Shown here: piece by piece, positions 28,720 through 38,095 of the stretch | How positions within the stretch are numbered: position 1 is the first letter of the stretch | How the letters are laid out: each line of letters starts with the position of its first letter | Virus record (IMG/VR): IMGVR_UViG_3300033150_000672 | Span: 1-62,184 of that record | From: a virus | Lineage: Duplodnaviria; Caudoviricetes | Length of the DNA: 62,184 bases | Direction: 5' to 3' (one strand) | The notes under the pieces: generated by a model | The model's database searches: none | The model's input: the letters and a program-made list of their open reading frames with translations, nothing else | Told to the model about the DNA's origin: nothing | Translations under genes and position numbers: made by a program

Positions 28720-29061
28720 ATGAATGATATGATAAGCCTTAAGGAAGGCGATATAAAATTTGGAAGATGGAAAAATAGAGAGAATAATGATTGTATTCTT
28801 AGAGCAGTTAAGGATATAAGAGTACAAGGAATCAAAGATAAAGAAATGAAACAAATTGTTTTAGCAGGCCTCATTAAAGAGTGGCAAATTGCTTACAGTA
28901 TATTTCATGGAGAAGGCTTCTTGAAAGGAGATACTGTGGAGAAAACAAAATTTAAAATTGATGAATTAGACGTTATTGAGGCTTCAAAACTTGGAGATTC
29001 ATTTGATAAGTTTCAAAGTGATTTGGTAGGTGATGTTGCAAAAAAAGTAAAAGAGTCGTAA
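28720..29061 (+). CDS. Tail assembly chaperone (G)
   Basis: Between tube and TMP; ends at a slippery site. Confidence 0.75.
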   Translation: MNDMISLKEGDIKFGRWKNRENNDCILRAVKDIRVQGIKDKEMKQIVLAGLIKEWQIAYSIFHGEGFLKGDTVEKTKFKIDELDVIEASKLGDSFDKFQSDLVGDVAKKVKES

Positions 29062-29306
29062 ACGGACTTCCTGTTTATGACTCAAAACTAAATTATCTTG
29101 TAATATTACGAAATGCTTGCAAAGCAGGATTGGTAAAAATGTCAAAAAAAGAGTGGGATGAGATGAATATAGATGAAAGTTGTTTTTTACTATTAATGGA
29201 AAAAGAACAATTAGAAAAAATGGAAGATGAAAGAAAGAAAAAATCTTTTGAGAGAGGAGTTCAGGCAGATTTACGACAAAATTTTGTGAGGTTTGAAGAT
29301 GGTTAG
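29040..29306 (+). CDS. Tail assembly chaperone -1 frameshift extension (GT)
   Basis: A AAA AAA G at 29040-29047; the -1 frame is open for 88 codons (KKSKRVVNGLPVYD...FEDG*) up to the TMP start. Confidence 0.75.
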   Translation, partial: KKSKRVVNGLPVYDSKLNYLVILRNACKAGLVKMSKKEWDEMNIDESCFLLLMEKEQLEKMEDERKKKSFERGVQADLRQNFVRFEDG

Positions 29307-30336
29307 TGAGGTTGATATTAATGTAAATTTTAGAGGGGCAGGGGGTCTTGGTGGAGGAAGGACGTCCGTTCCTGGAGCAGTGGGTGCTGTTGGTAGTCCT
29401 GGTATTCTTGGAATTGCTGCTGGTGTTGCAGGTGGGTTTGGAATAGCAACAATATTAAAAGGTATTTGGGATGCAACACTTGAAAGTAGTTCAAGTCTTA
29501 AAGGAACTATGAAAATTATAAATACCATTATGAAATTAATATTAATGCCTATTGGAGATTTATTATCAAATTTAATTAGACCATTAGCGATTGCTTTAAT
29601 ACCTGTTGCTGTAAAAATGAGTGAATGGATGTATGGTGGAGGAATGGATAGGATAATGTTATTTCTTCAAGGAACAGGAGAAATATTAATGGGTATATAT
29701 AATATTTTAGAAGCAATAGGCGCTGCTGTTCCTGCTCTTTTTGCAACAATTGGAACATTGGTTAATCCATTTATGACTTGGGAAGAAAAACAAAGAATAA
29801 TCTCAGGCCTATGGGGACCTGTTGAAGAAAAAATATCAGAAGCAGGAAGAAATTTTGCTTCTGGAGCGTTTAGAATGATTGTTGCTATGGGTGATTGGGA
29901 AGACGAAGCAGCGTTACATATAGGAATACTTAGACAAATGAAAACGGAAGAAGTTGCTAATATATTAGAAGAAAGTGCTAATACAGGAAGAGCAGCACTT
30001 GATATAATGATGGAAACTGCTGCACGTATGGGTTTAATTCCTGATGAAATAACAAACGCTGGAAATAATGTTGTTGATGCTTTAAATGATGCTGCTGATT
30101 CAATAAGAAGAATGGAAAGAGGAAGAAGGGTAGAAACAAGACAATATGCTTCTGGAACAATAAGAAATACCAGAACAAATGAATCAAAAACATATTATTA
30201 TGATGTTAAACTTCCTTCAGAGAGACCAGGTGTGGGTAGAGTGCTAGAACCTACTATAACAAGATTACCACATCCTTTAGACCCAGCAGCATACAGAGAA
30301 AGATATATAAAACATATGGGAGTTTCACCACCATAG
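29299..30336 (+). CDS. Short tape measure protein (~345 aa)
   Basis: Position; G/A-rich hydrophobic amphipathic helices. Confidence 0.75.
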   Translation: MVSEVDINVNFRGAGGLGGGRTSVPGAVGAVGSPGILGIAAGVAGGFGIATILKGIWDATLESSSSLKGTMKIINTIMKLILMPIGDLLSNLIRPLAIALIPVAVKMSEWMYGGGMDRIMLFLQGTGEILMGIYNILEAIGAAVPALFATIGTLVNPFMTWEEKQRIISGLWGPVEEKISEAGRNFASGAFRMIVAMGDWEDEAALHIGILRQMKTEEVANILEESANTGRAALDIMMETAARMGLIPDEITNAGNNVVDALNDAADSIRRMERGRRVETRQYASGTIRNTRTNESKTYYYDVKLPSERPGVGRVLEPTITRLPHPLDPAAYRERYIKHMGVSPP

Positions 30337-30348
30337 GGGGGATAAAAA

Positions 30349-30819
30349 ATGACTGCAACTTTAGAAGTTCAAAGTGGATGCACAACCCAAACAGGTTGGA
30401 CTGGAGGAACATCACTTAATATTGGAACAATTCAAAATGAAAGGGTAAAAATAGATACAGGGGCAGAACCTATTCCAAAACCACTTGGAACAGCCGAAGA
30501 AACAAGAATATTTAATCTTTTAGGACAAAGTGAAACAGTTACTGTTTCTGGTTGGTTTGTTGGTGACAATTCAGAGAGAGAAAATTTTATTAGAAATATG
30601 AAGTTAGTAGCAAAATACCATGCTGCACTACCTGGTACTAATACAACACTTACTTATAAGAATACAAACAGTGATGATTTAGATATTCAAACAGGACTTG
30701 ACCCAAGTGGTGCTGCTGTAAAATATAAAGTAATGGATCTTTCAATTTCAAAATCAACTCGTGATGGAGTGGGAGTAGTATTATATAATTTTAGATTATT
30801 GAGGTCAAAGAACGAATGA
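30349..30819 (+). CDS. Distal tail protein-like
   Basis: Position after TMP; LLGQSETVTVSGWF pattern. Confidence 0.6.
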   Translation: MTATLEVQSGCTTQTGWTGGTSLNIGTIQNERVKIDTGAEPIPKPLGTAEETRIFNLLGQSETVTVSGWFVGDNSERENFIRNMKLVAKYHAALPGTNTTLTYKNTNSDDLDIQTGLDPSGAAVKYKVMDLSISKSTRDGVGVVLYNFRLLRSKNE

Positions 30820-32825
30820 ATTGGCAATTTGATGTAAACATTGGAGGAATATCAATTCCAACAGCCAATATACTTGGAATTGGTTATAATACACAGAAAG
30901 AATACGCTGTTATTGATTTTACTCTTTCTTATGGGACAGTAATTAGTTATGGGATAACACATGGTGATGCTGTAATAGTACAAGCAGGAGAAAGTAGTTC
31001 AACTGATTTTTATCTTTTTAGAGGAACAGTTGAAACAATAGAACTTGAAGGTTCTACAGTAAGGGTAACTTGCTATGACAAACTCTTTCAATTAACAGAA
31101 AGATTAGTAAATGAAATTTATGATAAAAATGATTCTTTTGGAGGAAAAATAAGTTCTATAATAATAGATATTATTACAAGATTTGGAGGTCTTAACGCTG
31201 ATACAAGTAGTATTCAAGATACTGGAACAGTTACAATTCAAGAAAAATTATATTGTTTTGATACTTACGCATTTGATGCAGTCTTAGAATTATGTAAAGC
31301 GTTTAGATATGTTCTTTATTATAATCCTGAAGATGATAAGGTGTATGCTCATGAGAAAGGATATTACTCAGCGACAGATACATTTAGCACAGCAACAAAT
31401 ATTGCTGGTTCTCCTATATGGACAAAAGATACAACTATGTTATTTAATTATTTGAAATTATATGGTTCTTCAAAAACGGTAACTCATCAAGAATTATTTA
31501 GTGGAACAGGAGCACAAACAACTTTCCAACTTAGTTATGCTCCAGATAGAAAGACAGATGTGAGAGTAGAAGTTGATAGTGGTGCGGGATTTGTTGAGCA
31601 AATATTTGGACGTGAAGGAACTACAGGAACCTATGATTATACTGTTGATGATGACCCAGAAATAAGAAGTATTATTTTTGAGTCAGGAAGTATTCCACCT
31701 TCTGGAACTGACAATATTCGTGTAACTTATGCTTATAATGATGTTTTGTTCACTGAAGTCTGGGACGATGCAAGTAAAAGTGCACATCCTACTGCTGATG
31801 GAGGATATAGATATGAAAAATTAACAAATCCTGATATTCAAACTATTGATGATTTAGAAAATACTGCTCTCACTTTAATAAATACCTTCTCTGATAGTTT
31901 TGATAGCGTTAATTTTACATCAGTTGAACTAACAGATATGCCAAGAAATGGAATGCAATCTACAATTATAGACCAAATAAATAATGAAAGTAGAACTCTA
32001 ATTATTAATCGTGTTAGTTTTAATTGGCCAAGTGCAGGATTTTCTATCCAAATGAGTGAGTCAGTTGGTGACCCTGATGATTTATTATATACAAATGCTC
32101 AGAGGTTGAAGAGATTAGAAGAAGAAAGTAGAGGTAATTTAACATTTATCAGAAGAACCATTCAAAATAGTCCAATATTAGAATTAGCAATAATACAAGT
32201 TCTTTCGTCTTATGATATATGGGATGATATATGGGACACTGCAGATACTTGGGACACTGCAGATACTTGGGGAGTTAGTGTTAATTCAGATGATTTTAGT
32301 GTAGATTTAACTTCCACTAAATGGAACGAGGTTACTGGAACTTGGTCTGTTACAAATGGAATTTATTCACAGAGCAACACTGGTATTAATGCGTATTCAT
32401 TATGGAATTTTACAGGTCATAATAGTTATCAAAACCCAGAAATCAATATTAAACTAAGAAAACAAACAGCACACACTATTGGAGTAATATTTAGATTTGA
32501 TGGAACAAATGGTTATTGTATTAGATATAAAGATGGGAATAAAGTAGAGTTCGGAACTTTCAATACTTCTACAGGTTTTACCCAAATTAGTGAGTATGAT
32601 TTAGCAAGAGCACTTAATGTGTGGACATTTTGGAGAGTTATGATGAAAGATAATAAAGTAATGCTTTGGTGGAGTGATGATTTTTATGACTGGAGAAAAG
32701 TATTTGATGAGGAAGATTCAACATATTCAAGTGCTGGAAGTGTGGGTTTGATTACATTTAACACAGATGCTGGTTTTGATGAATTTAAAATTGGTGAGGT
32801 TGAAACAATGGAGGTGAATTTTTAA
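30816..32825 (+). CDS. Baseplate hub/Tal-like protein with C-terminal lectin-like domain
   Basis: FRGTVE...VTCYD hub pattern; C-terminal G.W....G...GVIFR...GY...G.VGL...FD (ConA/DUF1080-like). Confidence 0.7.
   Translation: MNWQFDVNIGGISIPTANILGIGYNTQKEYAVIDFTLSYGTVISYGITHGDAVIVQAGESSSTDFYLFRGTVETIELEGSTVRVTCYDKLFQLTERLVNEIYDKNDSFGGKISSIIIDIITRFGGLNADTSSIQDTGTVTIQEKLYCFDTYAFDAVLELCKAFRYVLYYNPEDDKVYAHEKGYYSATDTFSTATNIAGSPIWTKDTTMLFNYLKLYGSSKTVTHQELFSGTGAQTTFQLSYAPDRKTDVRVEVDSGAGFVEQIFGREGTTGTYDYTVDDDPEIRSIIFESGSIPPSGTDNIRVTYAYNDVLFTEVWDDASKSAHPTADGGYRYEKLTNPDIQTIDDLENTALTLINTFSDSFDSVNFTSVELTDMPRNGMQSTIIDQINNESRTLIINRVSFNWPSAGFSIQMSESVGDPDDLLYTNAQRLKRLEEESRGNLTFIRRTIQNSPILELAIIQVLSSYDIWDDIWDTADTWDTADTWGVSVNSDDFSVDLTSTKWNEVTGTWSVTNGIYSQSNTGINAYSLWNFTGHNSYQNPEINIKLRKQTAHTIGVIFRFDGTNGYCIRYKDGNKVEFGTFNTSTGFTQISEYDLARALNVWTFWRVMMKDNKVMLWWSDDFYDWRKVFDEEDSTYSSAGSVGLITFNTDAGFDEFKIGEVETMEVNF
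32220..32271 (+). repeat. Short tandem repeat encoding WDDIWDTADTWDTADTW
   Basis: TGGGACACTGCAGATACT occurs twice in tandem. Confidence 0.8.
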
Positions 32826-33706
32826 TGTCAAGTTTAATCACAAGTGATGGACTTAATTGGATGTTACAACTTGCGTTCGGGAGCACAACAGAACCTACTC
32901 CTGATGAATGGGAGGTAGGAAATGATGATACTGCTCCTACGGAAAGTGACACAATTTGTCTTGGAAGAGTTCCTTACACTTACACTATTGCTGAGGATTG
33001 TGATGCAGTCACTGGATGGACAAATTTCGGTGATGGCGGTGCTGTGGTGTTAAACACGAGTGGTCAGAATGAAGGAACAGGATGTTTGAATCTGCCTATT
33101 AGTTATAGCACTGGAACAAGTTATTGGCGTAAAAGTGGTTTCAGTATCAATTTAACCAGTGGGAACTGTGATTTTTACGTGTTCTTTTATGTTGATGACA
33201 AGACAAATATTATATCTGGTAGTGGAGGTGTAAGAATATATTTTGGGACAGGGGGTTGGACTAACTATTATGGTTACTATTTTGACAAAGCAAATATTAT
33301 TGACGGTGAGTGGAACGTGCTAAGGATACCTGACCCAACAAACTATGACCAAATTGGAGGTAGTGGAGCAGACTTATCAAATATTACTGACCTTCAAATA
33401 AATGTTCATACTACTGGAAGTTACACTGGTGACAGTATACGTATGGATGCTTGGCACTATGCTACTGAGGCAGAGCATCAAAAGAGTGTTGAAGCAGGTT
33501 ATCCTGTTGTGAATACGACTTATCATACTGTTGTTTGGAAAGTTAAATATGCGACTAATCAAGCGAATGGTTATAAACTTCAAAGGTTATTTTTTAAAAA
33601 TAGTAATCTTATGGGGTTTAATACTGCGACTTACGCTTATATATTCAAAACAACAGCAAAAGAGTTATTCATTTCAACATTAATGAAAATACGAAATGTA
33701 ACATGA
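32825..33706 (+). CDS. Baseplate/tail protein with inserted carbohydrate-binding-like domain
   Basis: IT.DG...VG.D.TAPT..DT N-terminus; W/G-rich insert. Confidence 0.6.
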   Translation: MSSLITSDGLNWMLQLAFGSTTEPTPDEWEVGNDDTAPTESDTICLGRVPYTYTIAEDCDAVTGWTNFGDGGAVVLNTSGQNEGTGCLNLPISYSTGTSYWRKSGFSINLTSGNCDFYVFFYVDDKTNIISGSGGVRIYFGTGGWTNYYGYYFDKANIIDGEWNVLRIPDPTNYDQIGGSGADLSNITDLQINVHTTGSYTGDSIRMDAWHYATEAEHQKSVEAGYPVVNTTYHTVVWKVKYATNQANGYKLQRLFFKNSNLMGFNTATYAYIFKTTAKELFISTLMKIRNVT

Positions 33707-33758
33707 GGTAAGAAATAAAAGTATCCAAAACGTAAAATAAAAATGGGAGGTGGTAAAA

Positions 33759-34568
33759 ATGCCAATGCAACAAGGAAGTAGTGAAGATATTAGAGAACCA
33801 CGTATACATTTTGATGCAGAAGATGGTTATCAAATAGTTACAGAAATGAATTCATATGGTGATGTAACAAAGAAAGAATATCTTGATGGTGCTACAAAAA
33901 TTGTAGAACAAATAGAATATTATGCGAGTTTTAAGATACTTGATGCCATGTCTGTTGTAGGAAACTGGACTGAGACAGGAGATGGTGCTTTATCAGTAAA
34001 TACTAATGGATGGCTTGACGGCACAACAGATGTCTTAAGGAATACCTATACCTTTAGTGGTGGAACAAGCACAATAGCAGATTCAACTACAAATCATGGT
34101 GATTTAAGTAATTGGATTGGTGCGAGTTGTGACCAAGGATATGTAACAATTTTAGCGGATTTCAGTGATTTTTCAAATGTTACAAGTGTTGAGTGCAGAA
34201 TAGGAAGTAGTTCAGCAGATTATAGGAGTGTAATACTTTATTCAGGAGTGGATTATACAACAAATGATAGATGGTTTGGTCTAATATTTGATTTAAGTGC
34301 AGGAAGTTCAACAGGAACACCATTAGGAACAGCAGTTGATTATGTAGCATTTATATTTACAATTGCAGCAGGAACATCACAAACAATAGATATGACAAGT
34401 TTAATGGTTTGTAAAGAAAATAGCACAAAAATAAGCGGTGAAGACTTTTATGATATAAGAAGAGAAACAAGAGAATTCACATCAGAAAGTAAAATTTATG
34501 AATATGAATTTGTCTATGATGCTGCAGCAGAAGAATCTTACTATACAAAAATAACAGGAGGTTATTAA
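33759..34568 (+). CDS. Tail-tip protein with a related carbohydrate-binding-like domain
   Basis: WT..GDG...NT.G..[DE]GT...L pattern shared with 32825-33706. Confidence 0.55.
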   Translation: MPMQQGSSEDIREPRIHFDAEDGYQIVTEMNSYGDVTKKEYLDGATKIVEQIEYYASFKILDAMSVVGNWTETGDGALSVNTNGWLDGTTDVLRNTYTFSGGTSTIADSTTNHGDLSNWIGASCDQGYVTILADFSDFSNVTSVECRIGSSSADYRSVILYSGVDYTTNDRWFGLIFDLSAGSSTGTPLGTAVDYVAFIFTIAAGTSQTIDMTSLMVCKENSTKISGEDFYDIRRETREFTSESKIYEYEFVYDAAAEESYYTKITGGY

Positions 34569-34570
34569 AG

Positions 34571-35071
34571 ATGTGGCCAATTGATATAATGAACAAGTTA
34601 AGAAAAATATTCAGTGATACAGAATACATTCACGACAAAGCAGTTAATACTCCAACAGCAGATAGTGTTGCTGATAAGATAATTACTATAGATGGAAGAA
34701 TAGTAACATCAGAATTAAAATGCAGTCCTAATGATTCGACTGTTGGAACAACTCTTACAATGGATGGAACGCCAGTCACTTTCCTGAGTGCTATATCTAC
34801 AGATATATTAGTTCTCGGATTTGCTTTGGAATATACTTCAACAGCAGGACAACAAATGGTAAGGGTTGAAGTATTGGAGAACACGACTGAACGTGGTGTT
34901 GCTCATACAGGAATGAAGGATAATGATGTGAACAGAACTCAGTATTTGCCTTTCGCGATTCCAGTGTATATAAGTAGCAGTGGGAACCCCGATGTTAAGG
35001 TAAGGGCTTATATTCAGGCAGGGGATAACACAAGTTTGAATGTGCATATGTATTATTGTGAACTAAGTTAA
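34571..35071 (+). CDS. Beta-rich tail or receptor-binding protein
   Basis: GGAGG RBS; beta-sandwich composition. Confidence 0.6.
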   Translation: MWPIDIMNKLRKIFSDTEYIHDKAVNTPTADSVADKIITIDGRIVTSELKCSPNDSTVGTTLTMDGTPVTFLSAISTDILVLGFALEYTSTAGQQMVRVEVLENTTERGVAHTGMKDNDVNRTQYLPFAIPVYISSSGNPDVKVRAYIQAGDNTSLNVHMYYCELS

Positions 35072-35083
35072 GAGGTGATATAA

Positions 35084-35233
35084 ATGACAAAATTAGTACA
35101 AGTTGAAAGAGATTTTGTTAATGAGGAAACTCCTGAAAAATTCAGAGCGAGGATAGTAAGTGATTATTTAGATAATGGTTTTATAATTGTAGGAATTATT
35201 CAAGAAGGAGATGAATATATTTTACAAAAATAA
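35084..35233 (+). CDS. Small hypothetical protein (49 aa)
   Basis: Manual translation MTKLVQVERDF...; GAGGTGA RBS. Confidence 0.65.
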   Translation: MTKLVQVERDFVNEETPEKFRARIVSDYLDNGFIIVGIIQEGDEYILQK

Positions 35234-35248
35234 TGGAAGGTGATAAAA

Positions 35249-35512
35249 ATGAAAGCATTAGAATATTTAGAAGAGTGCAGAGATATAAAAATAGAATATG
35301 TATCTAAAGACATTGAAGAATTATTAGAAAGTTTAGATGAACTAATTTTTGAAATCTGGATTGATTTCAAAGAGGTTGTAAGATTACTTTGGAACACTGG
35401 AATAAATGTTCTTAAGTTAATAGCACAAATCTCAACTTTTTGGGAACTGTTGATAGATACAAAAATTGCAAGGTGGATTGGAAAGATTCTTGCTGGTTTG
35501 AAAAAGAAATAA
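35249..35512 (+). CDS. Amphipathic helical protein (possible lysis-related)
   Basis: GGTGA RBS; amphipathic C-terminal helix with basic tail. Confidence 0.55.
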   Translation: MKALEYLEECRDIKIEYVSKDIEELLESLDELIFEIWIDFKEVVRLLWNTGINVLKLIAQISTFWELLIDTKIARWIGKILAGLKKK

Positions 35513-35545
35513 TTCTCTTTGAGAATATTTTCTTTATTTTTCATT

Positions 35546-35800
35546 ATGAGTCAAACCAAGATTTTAGAATTTTTGAAAAAGAAAAATAGGTGGTATGATA
35601 TAGAAGAAATATCTAAAGGAAGTGGAGTGTCCCGAAGCAAAACTGGCTACTATCTTCGTTGTCTGAAACGAAAGAGTCAAGTTCAAAGGAGAATGATGCC
35701 AAATCCAAAACATGGAGAACCTGGTCAAACTATCAATATACCATATTGGAAAATAAAAGATGGGAGGAAGAAATTAAATGAAAGCAGTATTCATTGGTAA
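35546..35800 (+). CDS. Winged-helix DNA-binding protein
   Basis: ILEFLKK...EEISKGSGVSRSK..YYLR.L.RK. Confidence 0.7.
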   Translation: MSQTKILEFLKKKNRWYDIEEISKGSGVSRSKTGYYLRCLKRKSQVQRRMMPNPKHGEPGQTINIPYWKIKDGRKKLNESSIHW

Positions 35801-36485
35801 GTATGAGACAGAGAAATGGGATTTAACAAATTTAATAAGAATATTATATACTTATAAATTTGATACTGTTTACTTTATGGAGGATGGGTGGAACTCTACA
35901 TGGTCTCAAGAGATGAGACACGCTGGTTTCAAAGTTTTCTGTGTTTTGAAATTTAAGAATAAATCAATAGAAGTTTTAAGAAGTAAGATAGACGCTGTTA
36001 GAATGTTTTCTGATGGCATCTGTTTTGATTACATTAGAGAAGAGAATTGTAAACTATGGAATGTTTTTTCAATTTTTAAAATAATGTTTAGAGTCAATAA
36101 AATAAAATTTCTTATTGATTTAGAGAAAGAGAAAGAATGGCACTGTGTCTTAAAATGTGAAGATTATTCGTCTCTCCTTGATAATGAATTAAACCGAATG
36201 TTTTATGGCCAGTCCATTCCTCTATTTTCTCTTTTATTTGATAGAATACTTCTAATGAGTTACCATCAAGAATATAAACAACCAATTTATCATGTAGTAG
36301 AACTTATTTTAAAACTTCAAAATTTATCTAAAAAGGTTATTCCAATATTTCAAACCTATCAAGATAATCCAATACAAGACTATGATAAATATTGGGGAGA
36401 TGTTGTTATGGTGACAGATATATTTACAAATAAAGCATATTTTAGATTGGGAACGTGTGATTTAGATTCTTTTAAAACAGAGTGA
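35778..36485 (+). CDS. Putative TIM-barrel glycoside hydrolase-like protein
   Basis: DGICFDYIR and YGQ...FD.I.LMSY resemble GHL10/DUF4015-like motifs. Confidence 0.5.
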   Translation: MKAVFIGKYETEKWDLTNLIRILYTYKFDTVYFMEDGWNSTWSQEMRHAGFKVFCVLKFKNKSIEVLRSKIDAVRMFSDGICFDYIREENCKLWNVFSIFKIMFRVNKIKFLIDLEKEKEWHCVLKCEDYSSLLDNELNRMFYGQSIPLFSLLFDRILLMSYHQEYKQPIYHVVELILKLQNLSKKVIPIFQTYQDNPIQDYDKYWGDVVMVTDIFTNKAYFRLGTCDLDSFKTE

Positions 36486-36921
36486 TTTGACCATTCCGTC
36501 TTATTTTTCGAGGAGATTTTGGTGGAGGAACCAATGATTTGGTTTTGGTTATCACCCCGTCAACCGCATCAAAGGGAGTTAATTCAATGGATTTTTCCTC
36601 CTTTACCACCTCCTCGAATTGTATCACTCCTTCTTTTTCTAAAACAAGTATGAATTCACTTAATGACATATTGGTATTATAATGCTTACCTTCTGCATCA
36701 TTTACACTCTGAAGCCATATTTTTTTCCATGATTCAGGTGTGAGTTGTTTTTCACCGTATCTTGTTGAACCGAGTTTTGTCATTAGGGTGCTTATTATTA
36801 ATTCTGGATTTGGATCTTCTATTGGTCTTTCTATAAAAACCGTTTTTCCGTTTAATTTTGTTGGTATTCTTTCTTTTACGTAATCTCGAATATACATTAA
36901 CATCTTTACTATTTTTGACAT
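36472..36921 (-). CDS. Hypothetical protein
   Basis: GGAGGTGA RBS before ATG 36921; converges with the structural arm. Confidence 0.7.
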   Translation of the reverse strand: MSKIVKMLMYIRDYVKERIPTKLNGKTVFIERPIEDPNPELIISTLMTKLGSTRYGEKQLTPESWKKIWLQSVNDAEGKHYNTNMSLSEFILVLEKEGVIQFEEVVKEEKSIELTPFDAVDGVITKTKSLVPPPKSPRKIRRNGQITLF

Positions 36922-37120
36922 AATTTTCACCTCCAAATATTTTTATTGTTTTTTTATTTTTCATTAATAATTTAAGATTATAATCTCCAGATATTAAACA
37001 ACGTCTACATATTATAACATTATCTTTTTTTATTCTAAATTTTTTACTCAAAACTTTTTCACAACACCAACAAAAAAATTTCTTTTTTCTAACTGCTTTT
37101 GGTAAATTGTCTAGATTCAT
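36752..37120 (-). CDS. Zn-finger protein (CWCC...CRRC); start adjusted
   Basis: ORF track; long 3' overlap with the next gene. Confidence 0.5.
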   Translation of the reverse strand: MNLDNLPKAVRKKKFFCWCCEKVLSKKFRIKKDNVIICRRCLISGDYNLKLLMKNKKTIKIFGGENYVKNSKDVNVYSRLRKRKNTNKIKRKNGFYRKTNRRSKSRINNKHPNDKTRFNKIR

Positions 37121-37171
37121 ATTATTATTAATATTTATATTTTTCTTTTCCAATATAAATTCTTTGTAATT

Positions 37172-37235
37172 ACTGTCGGCACCTATGAAAGATTTAGAAT
37201 CATACTCATTTGAGGTGAGTAACGGTGCCGACAGT
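37172..37235. other. Three-way-junction hairpin with a perfect 12-bp closing stem
   Basis: ACTGTCGGCACC / GGTGCCGACAGT enclosing two short hairpins. Confidence 0.7.
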
Positions 37236-37244
37236 GAATATGAT

Positions 37245-37604
37245 TTATTTTTCATTAGCAATCAGTGTTTGAAATAATCTTAATAAATTTTTTTGTTTTT
37301 CCAATTCAAATTCTAATAATGCTTTTTCATATTTCATATTATCTAATTTTACTTTTGTTTCTTGATAATTTTCACTTTGTTTTAATCTATACAATAATTC
37401 TGCTTTTCTAGATTCTGCATTACCAAATTTTGGTTTTCCTCTCATATCAACTTCTGATGTGATTATTGACATGAAACCAAAAGATATTTCTTCTATCTTT
37501 CCTTGATACTCTTCAATTATTCTTGTTCTATCTAAAATTTTCAAGTTCAAGTTGAATATCTTTTCTATCATTTTCTTTCCTTTCATTTCGTATTCTTTGT
37601 TCAT
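37245..37604 (-). CDS. Coiled-coil protein (GKPKFGNAESRKAEL motif)
   Basis: GAGGTGA RBS. Confidence 0.7.
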   Translation of the reverse strand: MNKEYEMKGKKMIEKIFNLNLKILDRTRIIEEYQGKIEEISFGFMSIITSEVDMRGKPKFGNAESRKAELLYRLKQSENYQETKVKLDNMKYEKALLEFELEKQKNLLRLFQTLIANEK

Positions 37605-37773
37605 AATTTATCACCTCTTCAAATAATTTGCTTTGGTTTGGATCATCTTTTGTTTTGATTTTAATTTTTCTTTCTGGTTTACCAAAAAGTTTTACAAAAC
37701 AAACATATCCATATTTTCTTTCTACACTTTCTGGATTTTTAAGTATTCTTCCGCATCTCAAACAATTCGTCAT
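37528..37773 (-). CDS. DUF6011-like Zn-finger protein
   Basis: CLRCGRILKNPESVERKYGYVC. Confidence 0.75.
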   Translation of the reverse strand: MTNCLRCGRILKNPESVERKYGYVCFVKLFGKPERKIKIKTKDDPNQSKLFEEVINYEQRIRNERKENDRKDIQLELENFR

Positions 37774-38095
37774 AAAAATCTCCTCTCAATTTTTTAATTT
37801 TATCACTTACCTTTACCAATAACGCATGTAATTTTTGAAATTCTTTCTCTTTTCTTTGTGCCATTTTAGTTATATCTCCACCTGAATAGGTGTCTAATCT
37901 ATCATTATATTTTTGGCATATTGGACAAGTAAAAGATTCCCATAAACTATCTTGTGTTTCACCACCTTGCTCATGAATAATCTGTTGGGTTCTTCTTTCT
38001 TTACTACACCAAACCCACATATCACCCTGTATTTGATTATAATCTGGTGGTGTGACAATTATATTTTTAAAAAATATAATATGTTTATATTTCAT
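37739..38095 (-). CDS. Hypothetical Zn-binding protein
   Basis: CPIC motif. Confidence 0.65.
   Translation of the reverse strand: MKYKHIIFFKNIIVTPPDYNQIQGDMWVWCSKERRTQQIIHEQGGETQDSLWESFTCPICQKYNDRLDTYSGGDITKMAQRKEKEFQKLHALLVKVSDKIKKLRGDFYDELFEMRKNT

Noticed and set aside
12974-35071. Diversity-generating retroelement acting on fibre genes
   Set aside because: No reverse transcriptase, and I saw no TR/VR pair differing at adenines
37172-37235. tRNA (UCA, Sec or suppressor) gene
   Set aside because: Only about 64 nt, no D arm, no U33, no canonical T loop or CCA
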